Part shown: positions 1 to 10,837 of the stretch, in pieces
Layout of the letters: each line of letters begins with the position of its first letter
How positions within the stretch are numbered: the first letter of the stretch is position 1
IMG/VR virus record: IMGVR_UViG_2721755712_000001
From: a virus
Lineage: Duplodnaviria; Heunggongvirae; Uroviricota; Caudoviricetes
Direction: 5' to 3' (one strand)
DNA: 64,000 bases
The notes under the pieces: generated by a model
The model's database searches: none
Told to the model about the DNA's origin: nothing
Seen by the model: only the letters and a program-made list of their open reading frames with translations
Translations under genes and position numbers: made by a program

Positions 1-717
1 AAGCTCTGTGACATGATTGGTGGCGTATGATTTGGCCTCTTGCTCTATCATCGGTAATTCGTTAGCAATCCTGACCACCTTCCAAGCAAATTCCGCCATT
101 ACGCCATCACATGCCTTCCCAGCATCAATAACGATATGCACCAGATCCAACTGGCTTTTGCACATGTCGCAAAGAGACGCATACTCACTCTCTCTGATTA
201 CATTTACGGCATCATTAGCCCCTTTATTAAGCAAGACTTCCAACAGATTTTTCGGGGTAACGAAATCTGCTTTCAGAGATAATGTCTTTTCACCACTTAT
301 CGAACGCAAGTACTCTTCGTAGTTATTCTTCATCAAACCGCTGCTGCGCATTGCTAGAACTGCTTCTTGAATGGCCGCTTCAATAGTTTCGTCGTTTGAA
401 AGACAAAAAACGGTATTTGTGTAGATCACTTTTCCATCCATCCATGCACCAACCTGCACTTTAAGACTGAGCGGGTTTTCTTTGCTAATAAAAACAACTA
501 ATGCAGAACGCCGTGAACAAGAAGGTTCACCCCATACGTGTAACTCAACTTTCAGATAAGGTAGCCCTGGTAGCGGGATCTCGACCAAACGAGTGGCGAT
601 ATGATCCATTGCTGTTTTTACGGCTTTTTCAATGATGTCTAGCCGATTGCTCTCGCTGATTTCTAAACCAGTTTTATCAATGATGTCGCAGGCTAATTTC
701 TGAATTTCGTCTTTCAT
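1..717 (-). CDS. hypothetical protein, N-terminal portion only (C-terminus lies beyond window start)
   Basis: Open minus-strand frame from ATG at 715-717 (MKDEIQKLACDII...), GGAG ~8 nt upstream; no stop inside window. Plus-strand ORF 17..322 is its antisense shadow. Confidence 0.45.
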   Translation of the reverse strand, partial: MKDEIQKLACDIIDKTGLEISESNRLDIIEKAVKTAMDHIATRLVEIPLPGLPYLKVELHVWGEPSCSRRSALVVFISKENPLSLKVQVGAWMDGKVIYTNTVFCLSNDETIEAAIQEAVLAMRSSGLMKNNYEEYLRSISGEKTLSLKADFVTPKNLLEVLLNKGANDAVNVIRESEYASLCDMCKSQLDLVHIVIDAGKACDGVMAEFAWKVVRIANELPMIEQEAKSYATNHVTEL

Positions 718-795
718 ACCAACTCCTAGCTAACAGATGAAAGTATTCTCACAGAAAGATAAGTAATCATCTACTTATTTTAAAGGTGATTGTTA

Positions 796-1974
796 TCATA
801 GAGCCTTAATGCCCAAAACCTTGCTTTGTAACTCCAACTGCTTGGTATACGGTTTTGCCCGATAATAGGCTTTGATGATTTGCTCTGGCGTTGCATCGCC
901 CGGGTCGAGTCCTTCCTCGCCCAAACACGCCACTTTGACATTAAGACCAATACTGGTCAGTCGCCTGGCTGCGGCCATCGTATTACGTATAGCTTGCTTT
1001 TCACTATCCCACATCATGATCACATTACGTAACCCACGCGCCTTGAGCGTCAGGAACGCGCCTAACTGATCTTCTGCATCCTGAGTGGTGTTACCAGATA
1101 GATGCATCCCGAACGTTCCTATTGGTTCCACGTAATCACGTAATGTTTCTTCGTCAAAAATAGCTCGTTTAACCCCCATAACATCGAACGCCCCCTCACA
1201 GACAACTACAGTCTGTTTGCCGACTGCATTATGGCCGTTGTAGAGAAACTTACCTGAAGCTGGAAGCTGCATAGGAAAGAGGTAGCGGCGTTCTGCTGTA
1301 CCGGTAATGTCTCGTCCCTGAAATGTCTTCATTACCCCATCCAGATCGTAAACCGGTATCAGTATTCGCATATCGAATATCTGTCCTTTAACCTGATCTG
1401 TATACGGATCTACATAGGCGTGCTTACCTTCGACGCAGTATCGTAGGTCAAAATACTTTGCCATTTCAGGCGATATGTTTCGTTCAACCAGATAGTCTGG
1501 AAGACGGCCATCTATAGGAAGTTCGTAATGACGAGGGAGTGCAAGTGGTCCCTCTAACTCGACTGTGCTTGCAAGCACTATCTCTTCTTTCTTTGGTGCC
1601 CACCCCTGGGAAAGAAGGGCGTTCTGCACATATTCCTCGAACTGTCGTCGTGATTTGCCGCTGTAGTGCTTGAGGAAGACCAGCTTATTGAACTGAATCT
1701 CTTCGGGATGATCACCAGCGAAGCATTTACCGACGCCACTGGTCAGATTGAAATATACCTTCCAGTTGGAGCTGCCGCATACCGGACACTCCTTGATATT
1801 CACTTCACGACCGCGAGCACTCACGCCTCCACGTCGATAAACGATACCTTCAGTGTCCAACCATTGTTCAAAATCTAATTCGGTAATTAGCTCTTTCAGC
1901 TCGCTCACGATAATTCCACTTTTAATAGGCAATATTGTGACCAACCTAAATGTTGATATAACATAAAGGCTCAT
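796..1974 (-). CDS. DNA primase (Cys-rich zinc-binding region + TOPRIM domain)
   Basis: CPVCGSSNW...CFAGDH zinc-ribbon-like motif, then TOPRIM-like VVVCEGAFDVMG. Start uncertain: ATG at 1974, or GTG at 2046 (track start). Directly downstream of the helicase gene. Confidence 0.7.
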   Translation of the reverse strand: MSLYVISTFRLVTILPIKSGIIVSELKELITELDFEQWLDTEGIVYRRGGVSARGREVNIKECPVCGSSNWKVYFNLTSGVGKCFAGDHPEEIQFNKLVFLKHYSGKSRRQFEEYVQNALLSQGWAPKKEEIVLASTVELEGPLALPRHYELPIDGRLPDYLVERNISPEMAKYFDLRYCVEGKHAYVDPYTDQVKGQIFDMRILIPVYDLDGVMKTFQGRDITGTAERRYLFPMQLPASGKFLYNGHNAVGKQTVVVCEGAFDVMGVKRAIFDEETLRDYVEPIGTFGMHLSGNTTQDAEDQLGAFLTLKARGLRNVIMMWDSEKQAIRNTMAAARRLTSIGLNVKVACLGEEGLDPGDATPEQIIKAYYRAKPYTKQLELQSKVLGIKAL

Positions 1975-2055
1975 GTGTTTTTCTTTTGTGGTTTGGCAAA
2001 AGAAAAGTTGTTTCACCAATGAATCAAGCGTGGAGGTGTTCTCCACGCTTATTTT

Positions 2056-3396
2056 TTAGGTAACGTCTAAGATTCGCTCAATGAAGCGCATTTGTTCGAG
2101 GTTTTGTTTAACGCGAATGCTGATCCCTCCCTGCTGGTTACGTGAACCAGCAAAGTAGAGACGAGCCTCTCCTTTCGCTTCTTCTTCTTCTGTTTTGTTG
2201 ATCGTTATTACCAGGTCAGCAATACGTACTTTTTCGATGTTGTCGGCAGCGTGCATCATTGTGGCAACTTCTGACGCGCCACCTTCACGGTTTGTTTGCG
2301 ATGCTGTGATACCAGCAACGTTGTGTTTGTCATAAAGAGCACGTAAGTCGGTATAGATACTACGTATGTTGGCGCGATCATCACGAAGGTCATAACTGGC
2401 ACGCATCAAATCTGCATAGTCGACAACAACCATGTCAGGCACCATGCCATTGGCTTTCATGCTGTTAAGCATACGATCCAGATCTGCCGGTGACATACTT
2501 CCTGACGGACGCTCAACAACCCACAAACTACCAATCCCCTTCGTGGCTCCCAACTCTGCCAACTTACGATGAACCTCATCGCGCCGTTCCACCAGCTTGG
2601 ACATTTCTGTCTCCGACAATCTTGCATCAAAACGGTCGGATAAAATGGTGGTGTGAACCTCCAGCGAGAGATACAGAACATTGTAGCCAGCAAGCGTTGC
2701 GTTTATGGAAAACTCACCCATTGCGGTCGATTTACCGGATTTAGCGAACCCCATGAAGAGCACCATTTCACGCTTCGCCCAGCCTTTTTGGTACAGCAAC
2801 CTATCGAGCAGAGGGAGTCCAGTTGTAATGCTGTTTGGCACATACTCCTCTGAAGCCTCATATTCACGCGCTTTCAATCGCTCACTTGCGGAGGTGTAGT
2901 AGTCATAGATTCCGGTCGCTTCGTTCGATCCAATCTGCTGAACCTTGGCCATGATTGCCATCGCCCCCTGAAAGTCGCCCTTCTCTTTCAGTTCAGCAGC
3001 CTTAATCAGAGCATCATCAAACGCTACGCTTTTTGCGAAGGTTGATACCTGGTCAACCATGTACGAGGTATCAGACAATTTTTCTGCAAGGATGCGCTTA
3101 AACGCAGCAACAACATCGGCGAATAGTTCCTCACGGATAGTCTTATCGCGTTTCGCACGCTTAAGCATATCCAGAATCGCAGATGAAGAGGGCGCGCTCT
3201 TGTACATACGGTAATAGCCCGAAACCATATTAACCAATATGGCATTGGCCGCATTGGCAAATTGGCTAGGTACAACCAGATCTCCAGCACGAGTAAGAAA
3301 CTCGTGATCACGACAAAAATAGGCCGTCAATCTGTTCTGAAAATCTTCATCAAACTCTTCGGACAGCCCGCGTCCTGTATGGCAAAGTTCGGTCAT
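2056..3396 (-). CDS. DnaB-like replicative DNA helicase
   Basis: ATG at 3394-3396; Walker A GFAKSGKST; RecA-like C-terminal helicase architecture typical of DnaB/T7 gp4 helicase domains. Confidence 0.8.
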   Translation of the reverse strand: MTELCHTGRGLSEEFDEDFQNRLTAYFCRDHEFLTRAGDLVVPSQFANAANAILVNMVSGYYRMYKSAPSSSAILDMLKRAKRDKTIREELFADVVAAFKRILAEKLSDTSYMVDQVSTFAKSVAFDDALIKAAELKEKGDFQGAMAIMAKVQQIGSNEATGIYDYYTSASERLKAREYEASEEYVPNSITTGLPLLDRLLYQKGWAKREMVLFMGFAKSGKSTAMGEFSINATLAGYNVLYLSLEVHTTILSDRFDARLSETEMSKLVERRDEVHRKLAELGATKGIGSLWVVERPSGSMSPADLDRMLNSMKANGMVPDMVVVDYADLMRASYDLRDDRANIRSIYTDLRALYDKHNVAGITASQTNREGGASEVATMMHAADNIEKVRIADLVITINKTEEEEAKGEARLYFAGSRNQQGGISIRVKQNLEQMRFIERILDVT

Positions 3397-3660
3397 GTGC
3401 TTTCCTTTGTTTTTTAAACAAATTGTTTTCTAGTATTAGTTAATTAGATAGGGGATCAATAAACCGCCGTGCTTCTTCCAGTTCTTCTGGAAAGTGGGCG
3501 GAAATAAGGCGCTCTGGAACGATTTCCATTAGCCAGATAGCGGAGAAAATTGCGCGTATGCGCTTGCTGCGGGGGATGGTGCGTAAACGCTCCAGAATCC
3601 ACTCAAAATAGCTTTCCTGAATCGGGTTGAACTGCATGTCTCCCATATGCTTAAAGCTAA

Positions 3661-5728
<2,068 letters not shown>

Positions 5729-6255
5729 CCGTCGTGCAGCTGCGGAAAGAACGGTGGAGATAAAGTAGTCGTATGAGCAGCAATAGCGGTCAGCAAACTG
5801 GCGTGCTTTCCATAGAGACGTTTTATTGGCAGTCGACAACTCCTGATAAGGCAGGCGTTTTAACCCGGTGGTGAACGGAGCTGTTTCAAAGTGTTCGCGA
5901 CCGTGCGTCAGCATGATATTTGAGTACTGACGTTTGTATGCCTCCGTAAAAAGACAGGTGGCCATGAGAGGATGCATGTCGCGGTAATCAAACCACTTCG
6001 TCTCGAAGAGTTCAGCCTCATCTTTACAGCGCGACAAACCAATGTTTTCAGCAACCCACTTGTCCATAACAGCGGTATTCCACTCTGTCATGAAGTCGTA
6101 CTGGTTGTTGTCGATGGTATCGAAAAAGATTTGGCTCATGTGGCTCACCTGGTAGGTAGTTACTTACTTATCACGATGAGCGGATGATAGCGACTGGTGG
6201 CAGTTTTTGGAAGTGGAAACGGAAGGGAGTTGTTCTGGTGGTGTCTTTTAAAAGA

Positions 6256-6310
6256 CCTGCTTCCGTATATATTTAATAAGTTACTTATTATTTATATATA
6301 CAGAAGCAGG
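6256..6310. repeat. 55-bp AT-rich palindromic element, copy 1 (identical copy at 37562..37616)
   Basis: CCTGCTTCCGTATATATTTAATAAGTTACTTATTATTTATATATACAGAAGCAGG, identical at both sites; GC clamp arms CCTGCTTC/GAAGCAGG; centre TAAGTTACTTA. Confidence 0.85.
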
Positions 6311-6421
6311 CATAACTTGTCGTCTTAGACGCCCAGAAGCTCTACACTTTGAGCCTGTTAAATTGATTAAAAACTTATGTGTAAAATAGAACGCATTAGT
6401 CAGTAGCAAAGAGATGCAATA

Positions 6422-7189
6422 ATGGACGATTTATCGGTATACGCGAGATCATTGGATAAGGCTAAATACTATGTTTACTGCCTCTATGATACAGAAGACA
6501 AGATGAAAAGACCGTTTTACATAGGAAAAGGCAAATCGACTCGTTGTCTCGATCACATCAAGTATCCCGATGACTCTCCCAAATCCATGCGGATCAAAGA
6601 ACTTTTGGCTAATAAAAAATTAGGCATAGATATTCTTCGTCATGGTATGGATGAAACCACAGCCAAACTTGTTGAGGCGACATGCATCGACCTTATGGGG
6701 GTCGGAGAGCTTACGAATAAGGTACGAGGAAGTGGTTCCATGATGGGCAGAATATCACTGGACGCCTACCATCACTTAGTGCTGCAAGAGGAAACTGAAA
6801 TTGCTCCTGAGCACGCCGGTCTTGCCTTCCTGCTAAACAGCACCTACAAGTCAGGAATGTCCGCTCTGGCATTATATGAAGCTACGCGTGGCGTATGGGC
6901 AAAGGTTCCAAGAGACGAGAATCTCAAATATGCCTACGCTACATATGGTGGGCTAATAATGGAAGTTTATCAGATTGAATGCTGGGTCAAAGCCGGTTCT
7001 CAGCAGTACTTTACAAGGGATATAGCTCTTGGCCCCGACACAAAACGTTATGAATTTGTTGGCAGAATAGCCGATGAGCATATTAGAAAACTGTATGTAG
7101 GCAAATTAATCAAGAAGCCACCAAGCTACGGTAGCCCTTTTGTGAAGGTTGGGGTGGTTAGGACTGAACATAGTGTTAGCGCGGCATAA
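6422..7189 (+). CDS. GIY-YIG domain nuclease (possible homing-endonuclease-like protein) with uncharacterised C-terminal domain
   Basis: N-terminus YYVYCLYD...PFYIGKGKSTRCLDH fits the GIY-YIG motif; only plus-strand gene in a minus-strand neighbourhood; bounded by the 55-bp palindrome and a bidirectional terminator. Confidence 0.65.
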   Translation: MDDLSVYARSLDKAKYYVYCLYDTEDKMKRPFYIGKGKSTRCLDHIKYPDDSPKSMRIKELLANKKLGIDILRHGMDETTAKLVEATCIDLMGVGELTNKVRGSGSMMGRISLDAYHHLVLQEETEIAPEHAGLAFLLNSTYKSGMSALALYEATRGVWAKVPRDENLKYAYATYGGLIMEVYQIECWVKAGSQQYFTRDIALGPDTKRYEFVGRIADEHIRKLYVGKLIKKPPSYGSPFVKVGVVRTEHSVSAA

Positions 7190-7204
7190 AGCTGACACTG
7201 TAGT

Positions 7205-7237
7205 TATGCATTGGCGCAATGTACGCGCCAATGCATA
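7205..7237. terminator. bidirectional stem-loop terminator between GIY-YIG gene and partition operon
   Basis: Perfect 13-bp inverted repeat TATGCATTGGCGC / GCGCCAATGCATA, 7-nt loop, flanked by A/T runs. Confidence 0.6.
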
Positions 7238-7241
7238 ATTT

Positions 7242-7601
7242 TTAACCTTTCTTCATCAACTCTCGTTTGATTTCATCGGTACGCATCGTGACATCGGCAG
7301 CGGTGATCGCCTCATTCAATTTCACGATGTCCTCGATTTCCTGCGGTGACTTCTCTGCCAGATGGAAAATGGCTGCTCGAATCACGTCAGAACGAGTGAA
7401 CTTCTCGAAGCGAGGGATGAACTTCATCATCTCCAGCAGTTCGAAGTATTCGTCCTCCAGTGACATTGTGCGGCTTTTAATTTTCTCTTTGCCACGAGTC
7501 GGGCGTCCCTGTGGTCTGACTGGTTGGCGCAAAGGAGTTGTGTTCTTAGCCGGTGCATCAGGCTCTTTGCGCTTTGCTAGGTCACCCATTTTCATGGACA
7601 T
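7242..7601 (-). CDS. small partition-associated protein (ParG/ParB-like centromere-binding candidate)
   Basis: 119 aa, basic N-terminus; start ATG overlaps parA stop (ATGA coupling); GGAGG RBS. Confidence 0.45.
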   Translation of the reverse strand: MSMKMGDLAKRKEPDAPAKNTTPLRQPVRPQGRPTRGKEKIKSRTMSLEDEYFELLEMMKFIPRFEKFTRSDVIRAAIFHLAEKSPQEIEDIVKLNEAITAADVTMRTDEIKRELMKKG

Positions 7602-8269
7602 TATTCTTCTTCCTCCAGACTCAACAGATAATCTACAAATTCTTCAAACTCGGCTTCCGCCTTTTTGTCGCGCTCGCTACCGGTCATTTCAAAGATAGAA
7701 CGACCAGACTCTTCCGCATCATCATAGACGTTGCGGTTATATAGATTGACTGGCGCAGACTCGATTCCAAACGTCTCAACAATCTCTTTAGCCGCCAGAA
7801 TGCGAGACACTTGTGATGGCAAAGCCGGGCACTGGTTCATGACCGCGCGGACCTTCACTTTATCGTTTACATTGCGAACATTGTCGATAATAGGATCGAT
7901 GTCACGTAAAGATTTCAAATCACGACGCTTAGGACGCAGCGGGATAATGATAACGTCAGCCATCAGCATCGCTTGTCGCTGAATTTCGGAGTCGAAGCCA
8001 CCAGCATCTACCACTACAAACTCAGCTCTACCCTGAAGCGATTTTAGGTGCTTAATGATGTCATCCTGAACGTATGCAAAAGGAATCAGCTCAAGGTCTT
8101 CGTTCTGTCGACGGTCTTCACACCAGCTCGTTGTCGTGCGCTGAATATCTATATCGGTAATATAAACCTTCTTCTTCTTTTTGACTTTCAGGCAAACGGC
8201 AATTTGCTGGGCAACGGTGGATTTGCCAGGCCCGCCCTTTGTGCCGCCAACCACAAAGATCTTGGTCAT
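7601..8269 (-). CDS. parA: ParA/ParF-type partition ATPase
   Basis: Deviant Walker A GGTKGGPGKST near N-terminus; 222 aa, size of type Ib ParA. Confidence 0.85.
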   Translation of the reverse strand: MTKIFVVGGTKGGPGKSTVAQQIAVCLKVKKKKKVYITDIDIQRTTTSWCEDRRQNEDLELIPFAYVQDDIIKHLKSLQGRAEFVVVDAGGFDSEIQRQAMLMADVIIIPLRPKRRDLKSLRDIDPIIDNVRNVNDKVKVRAVMNQCPALPSQVSRILAAKEIVETFGIESAPVNLYNRNVYDDAEESGRSIFEMTGSERDKKAEAEFEEFVDYLLSLEEEE

Positions 8270-8300
8270 TGGAGAGTTCCCTTTGCGTATATAATTATCG

Positions 8301-8320
8301 TCTGAAACAACTTGTTTTCT
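8301..8320 (-). promoter_or_regulatory. class I operator-like palindrome (AAACAACTTGTTTTCTT) upstream of parA, next to a GATAAT -10-like hexamer
   Basis: Member of a recurrent AACAA-N-TTGTT motif family; here the ATTATCG element lies on the other side of the core than at the other sites. Confidence 0.4.
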
Positions 8321-8448
8321 TATATGTGATATAGCCTAAATGCCTACGGCTGCGGTGTAAAGGTTAAATGGTAGGTTGTGATTAACAATTGGCAATCATA
8401 GCTTGTATTTGTCTGTTGAAAAAAGTAACAATGACCTCTATATTACAA

Positions 8449-8467
8449 GTACGGTGATATGCCGTAC
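8449..8467. promoter_or_regulatory. palindrome GTACGG-N7-CCGTAC upstream of the TA operon (candidate antitoxin operator)
   Basis: Perfect 6-bp arms ~80 bp upstream of the antitoxin start; TA promoters are commonly autoregulated via such palindromes. Confidence 0.3.
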
Positions 8468-8548
8468 ACAATTTGATAATGCACACGTAATGGGCTATAG
8501 CCTTTTAAAGTAATTTTTGAGTCGAAAACTCAGTTTGAACAGAGGAGA

Positions 8549-8857
8549 TTGATGGCCTTCCTACATCACGGCCATCAGGAGGAATACATGTCAGCACTAA
8601 AAAAGCAGCGCATCGATTTGAGATTAACCGATGACGATAAAAGCATCATCGAGGAAGCTGCCGCAATGTCTAACCAGAGCATTACTCAGTTTATGGTTAG
8701 CAGTGCATCTGAACGTGCCGTGAAAGTTATAGAGCAACACCGTAGACTAGTTCTGAATGAAGAATCCTGGAATCTGGTTATGGACGCTATAAGCAATCCT
8801 CCGGCACCGAACGACAAGCTGAAACGAGCTGCTGATCGTCTGAAAAGCATGGAGTAG
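8549..8857 (+). CDS. DUF1778-type (TacA/AtaR-like) antitoxin
   Basis: Small protein directly upstream of the GNAT toxin; alternative starts at 8552 (AGAGGAG RBS) or 8588 (AGGAGG RBS). Confidence 0.7.
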   Translation: MMAFLHHGHQEEYMSALKKQRIDLRLTDDDKSIIEEAAAMSNQSITQFMVSSASERAVKVIEQHRRLVLNEESWNLVMDAISNPPAPNDKLKRAADRLKSME

Positions 8858-8864
8858 TTTACTC

Positions 8865-9386
8865 GTGAGCAATACAACGATAGAGATTTTCTCTGGAGAG
8901 AAAGATTATGATCTAAACGGTTTTGATTGCGGCGAAGAGTCACTAAACGCCTTTTTAGCCAACCACTTAAAAAGGCAGCATGAGGGAAAAATTCTTCGTG
9001 CTTATGTGCTTTGCACTCAAGAAGAAAGGCCAAAAGTGTTAGGATATTACACTTTGTCAGGTAGTTGTTTTGAAAAGGAGTCCTTACCTTCAAGAAGCAA
9101 ACAAAAGAAGGTTCCTTATCGGAATGTTCCAAGTGTCACTTTGGGTAGGCTGGCTTTGGACAAGTCCCTTCAAGGTCAAGGATTTGGCTCAATGCTTGTA
9201 ACACATGCAATGCGCGTTGTGTACAATGCATCTCTTGCTGTAGGCATTCATGGGCTTTTCGTTGAGGCGTTAAATGACAAAGCCAAGGCGTTTTATAAAA
9301 GTTTAGGCTTTATCCAGCTGGTTGGTAACAACGAGCGTTCTTTGTTCTATCCTACAAAATCTATCGAAAAATTGTTCGAAGAATAA
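8865..9386 (+). CDS. GNAT acetyltransferase toxin (TacT/AtaT-like)
   Basis: 173 aa; resembles AtaT/TacT as recalled (YDLxxFDCGEE, ILRAYVLC, SVTLGRLA, GIHGLFVEALN); GTG start with GGAG RBS. Confidence 0.8.
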   Translation: MSNTTIEIFSGEKDYDLNGFDCGEESLNAFLANHLKRQHEGKILRAYVLCTQEERPKVLGYYTLSGSCFEKESLPSRSKQKKVPYRNVPSVTLGRLALDKSLQGQGFGSMLVTHAMRVVYNASLAVGIHGLFVEALNDKAKAFYKSLGFIQLVGNNERSLFYPTKSIEKLFEE

Positions 9387-9418
9387 TGTGTTCCCCTCAT
9401 TTGAGGGGAACTTCGACA

Positions 9419-9634
9419 TCACCAACCACAAACCCTCTCTCCCATCGTATTGTGAAAAAGGATTTGGCGTTCGGTTTCTTCAGTCATTACATCATTATTG
9501 CTGATATAGATAGGCTCAGCCCCATCGCAGAACAACACGCTGGCTGTTTGTGGTTTAATGACGCACCCACTTATCATACAACTCACGATGAACGGCAGAA
9601 GCATCTTTCTGACGTATTTTACTGCTCGTCTCAT
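9419..9634 (-). CDS. o-spanin (Rz1-like outer-membrane lipoprotein), overlapping the i-spanin gene
   Basis: Lipobox-like ...FIVSCMISGC; ORF overlaps the 3' end of the Rz-like gene in another frame, the classic overlapped spanin arrangement. Confidence 0.5.
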   Translation of the reverse strand: MRRAVKYVRKMLLPFIVSCMISGCVIKPQTASVLFCDGAEPIYISNNDVMTEETERQILFHNTMGERVCGW

Positions 9635-9806
9635 TCACCACTTTCACTGTGTTTTGAAGTCGTTTTCTGTCTTCCTGTTTTGCCTTCTCTTCCATTGCTC
9701 GTCGCGCCGCATTCCCGCCCATCGTGTAAGCGCCGACAAGAACGAAAAGAACGGCAGCCAGCGTAATCAAAGCAACTTTTAGCTTTGTCATCAGGCTGCC
9801 TAGCAT
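9555..9806 (-). CDS. i-spanin (Rz-like) with N-terminal transmembrane segment
   Basis: 83 aa; N-terminal hydrophobic helix LKVALITLAAVLFVLVGAY then charged region; sits after the lysis enzyme gene. Confidence 0.55.
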   Translation of the reverse strand: MLGSLMTKLKVALITLAAVLFVLVGAYTMGGNAARRAMEEKAKQEDRKRLQNTVKVVNETSSKIRQKDASAVHRELYDKWVRH

Positions 9807-9807
9807 A

Positions 9808-10527
9808 TTAGACCATCCCTTTCTGGTGTTTTCTTACCTGCGACCAGGCAATGAATCCTGCCACAACAATAGTGGCAATACCGAAGATGATGCGTACTGT
9901 ATCCCCGCTAGAGATATGACCTTGTGCTTTATCCATAGCAGCGGAAACCTGCGGCATAACATCGGCCAGCTGCGCCAGACCAATACCTGCTGTAACAGTT
10001 GCGCCTGCGGTTTCTTTAGTTACAGGAACAGCCTTCACGGTTTTCACCGGCTTAACAACGCCAGCTCGACGCAGACCTTCCTCAATAACTTCTGCCGCAT
10101 ACCAGGTGTTCAGCGTTTTTAGCGGGCCTCGGCCATTCTCGTGGCGAATGATTGCCTCAACCAAAGGTCGAAGGATGTCGTAATCATGCAGATCGATGAT
10201 CATGTCTGCGGTTACACCAACGGCTTTAGACACCTCATTAATGTAGGCGTCAGTATTGTTTTCATTCGGCGGTGCCCAGCGTTCAATAACTTCACGAATG
10301 GTATCGATACTTGTGCCGTCTTTTGCGCGACGTTTGTCGTGGTAGGTAATTAGAGTCACCGCCAGCGCACGAATCCCCCAAACAGGGTCTTTAAACGTGC
10401 AAAAGCGCGGTTCGTCTGGATTCGCAACCAGACCTTGCCACGGTGATCCTTTATCAAGATTACCGGGGTTATTATTACGAATGCCTCTCGGAGTCTTCAT
10501 CCTTGATCTCCTGTTATTGCAGTCCAT
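9808..10527 (-). CDS. putative lysis enzyme / peptidoglycan hydrolase-like protein with C-terminal membrane anchor
   Basis: Position between holin-like and spanin genes; conserved-looking IRNNNPGNL...DPVWGIRA N-terminus; C-terminal hydrophobic segment IIFGIATIVVAGFIAW. Catalytic class not determined. Confidence 0.4.
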   Translation of the reverse strand: MDCNNRRSRMKTPRGIRNNNPGNLDKGSPWQGLVANPDEPRFCTFKDPVWGIRALAVTLITYHDKRRAKDGTSIDTIREVIERWAPPNENNTDAYINEVSKAVGVTADMIIDLHDYDILRPLVEAIIRHENGRGPLKTLNTWYAAEVIEEGLRRAGVVKPVKTVKAVPVTKETAGATVTAGIGLAQLADVMPQVSAAMDKAQGHISSGDTVRIIFGIATIVVAGFIAWSQVRKHQKGMV

Positions 10528-10837
10528 TTTTTACGCCATACGCGGCTAACCCCAAAAGCAGTGCAGTAATAATGAACGACGTTATTTTAGAAACAATGCC
10601 GCCAAAGAACCCACTGGAGATGGAATCTAACCGGTTAAGGAGTTTGTCCAGATTGGAGTGTTGAATACTATGTTGCGCCGGGGTCATATCACCAAAGTAG
10701 GTTTTCAGCTGATCATTGACCTCCTGGCCAATTTCTTCACGTAGCTCTTTACCTAATTTACCAACAACCTCCCGAGCAACGATCGCGGCAATACGCTCAA
10801 CTTGCTCTGTTGTAACGCCCGCCATCTCGTTCGACAT
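10514..10837 (-). CDS. putative holin / small membrane protein
   Basis: ATG at 10835-10837 with GGAGG 5 nt upstream; C-terminal hydrophobic stretch FFGGIVSKITSFIITALLLGLAAYGV; first gene of the lysis block. Confidence 0.4.
   Translation of the reverse strand: MSNEMAGVTTEQVERIAAIVAREVVGKLGKELREEIGQEVNDQLKTYFGDMTPAQHSIQHSNLDKLLNRLDSISSGFFGGIVSKITSFIITALLLGLAAYGVKNGLQ

Noticed and set aside
17-322. Plus-strand ORF 17..322 (101 aa)
   Set aside because: Antisense to the continuous minus-strand frame of the partial gene 1..717, which has a proper RBS and start; likely a shadow ORF.
9386-9766. Plus-strand ORF 9386..9766 (126 aa) downstream of the toxin gene
   Set aside because: Overlaps the minus-strand spanin genes, which have canonical features (TM segment, lipobox); Pro/Ser/Cys-rich odd composition suggests a non-coding reverse frame.
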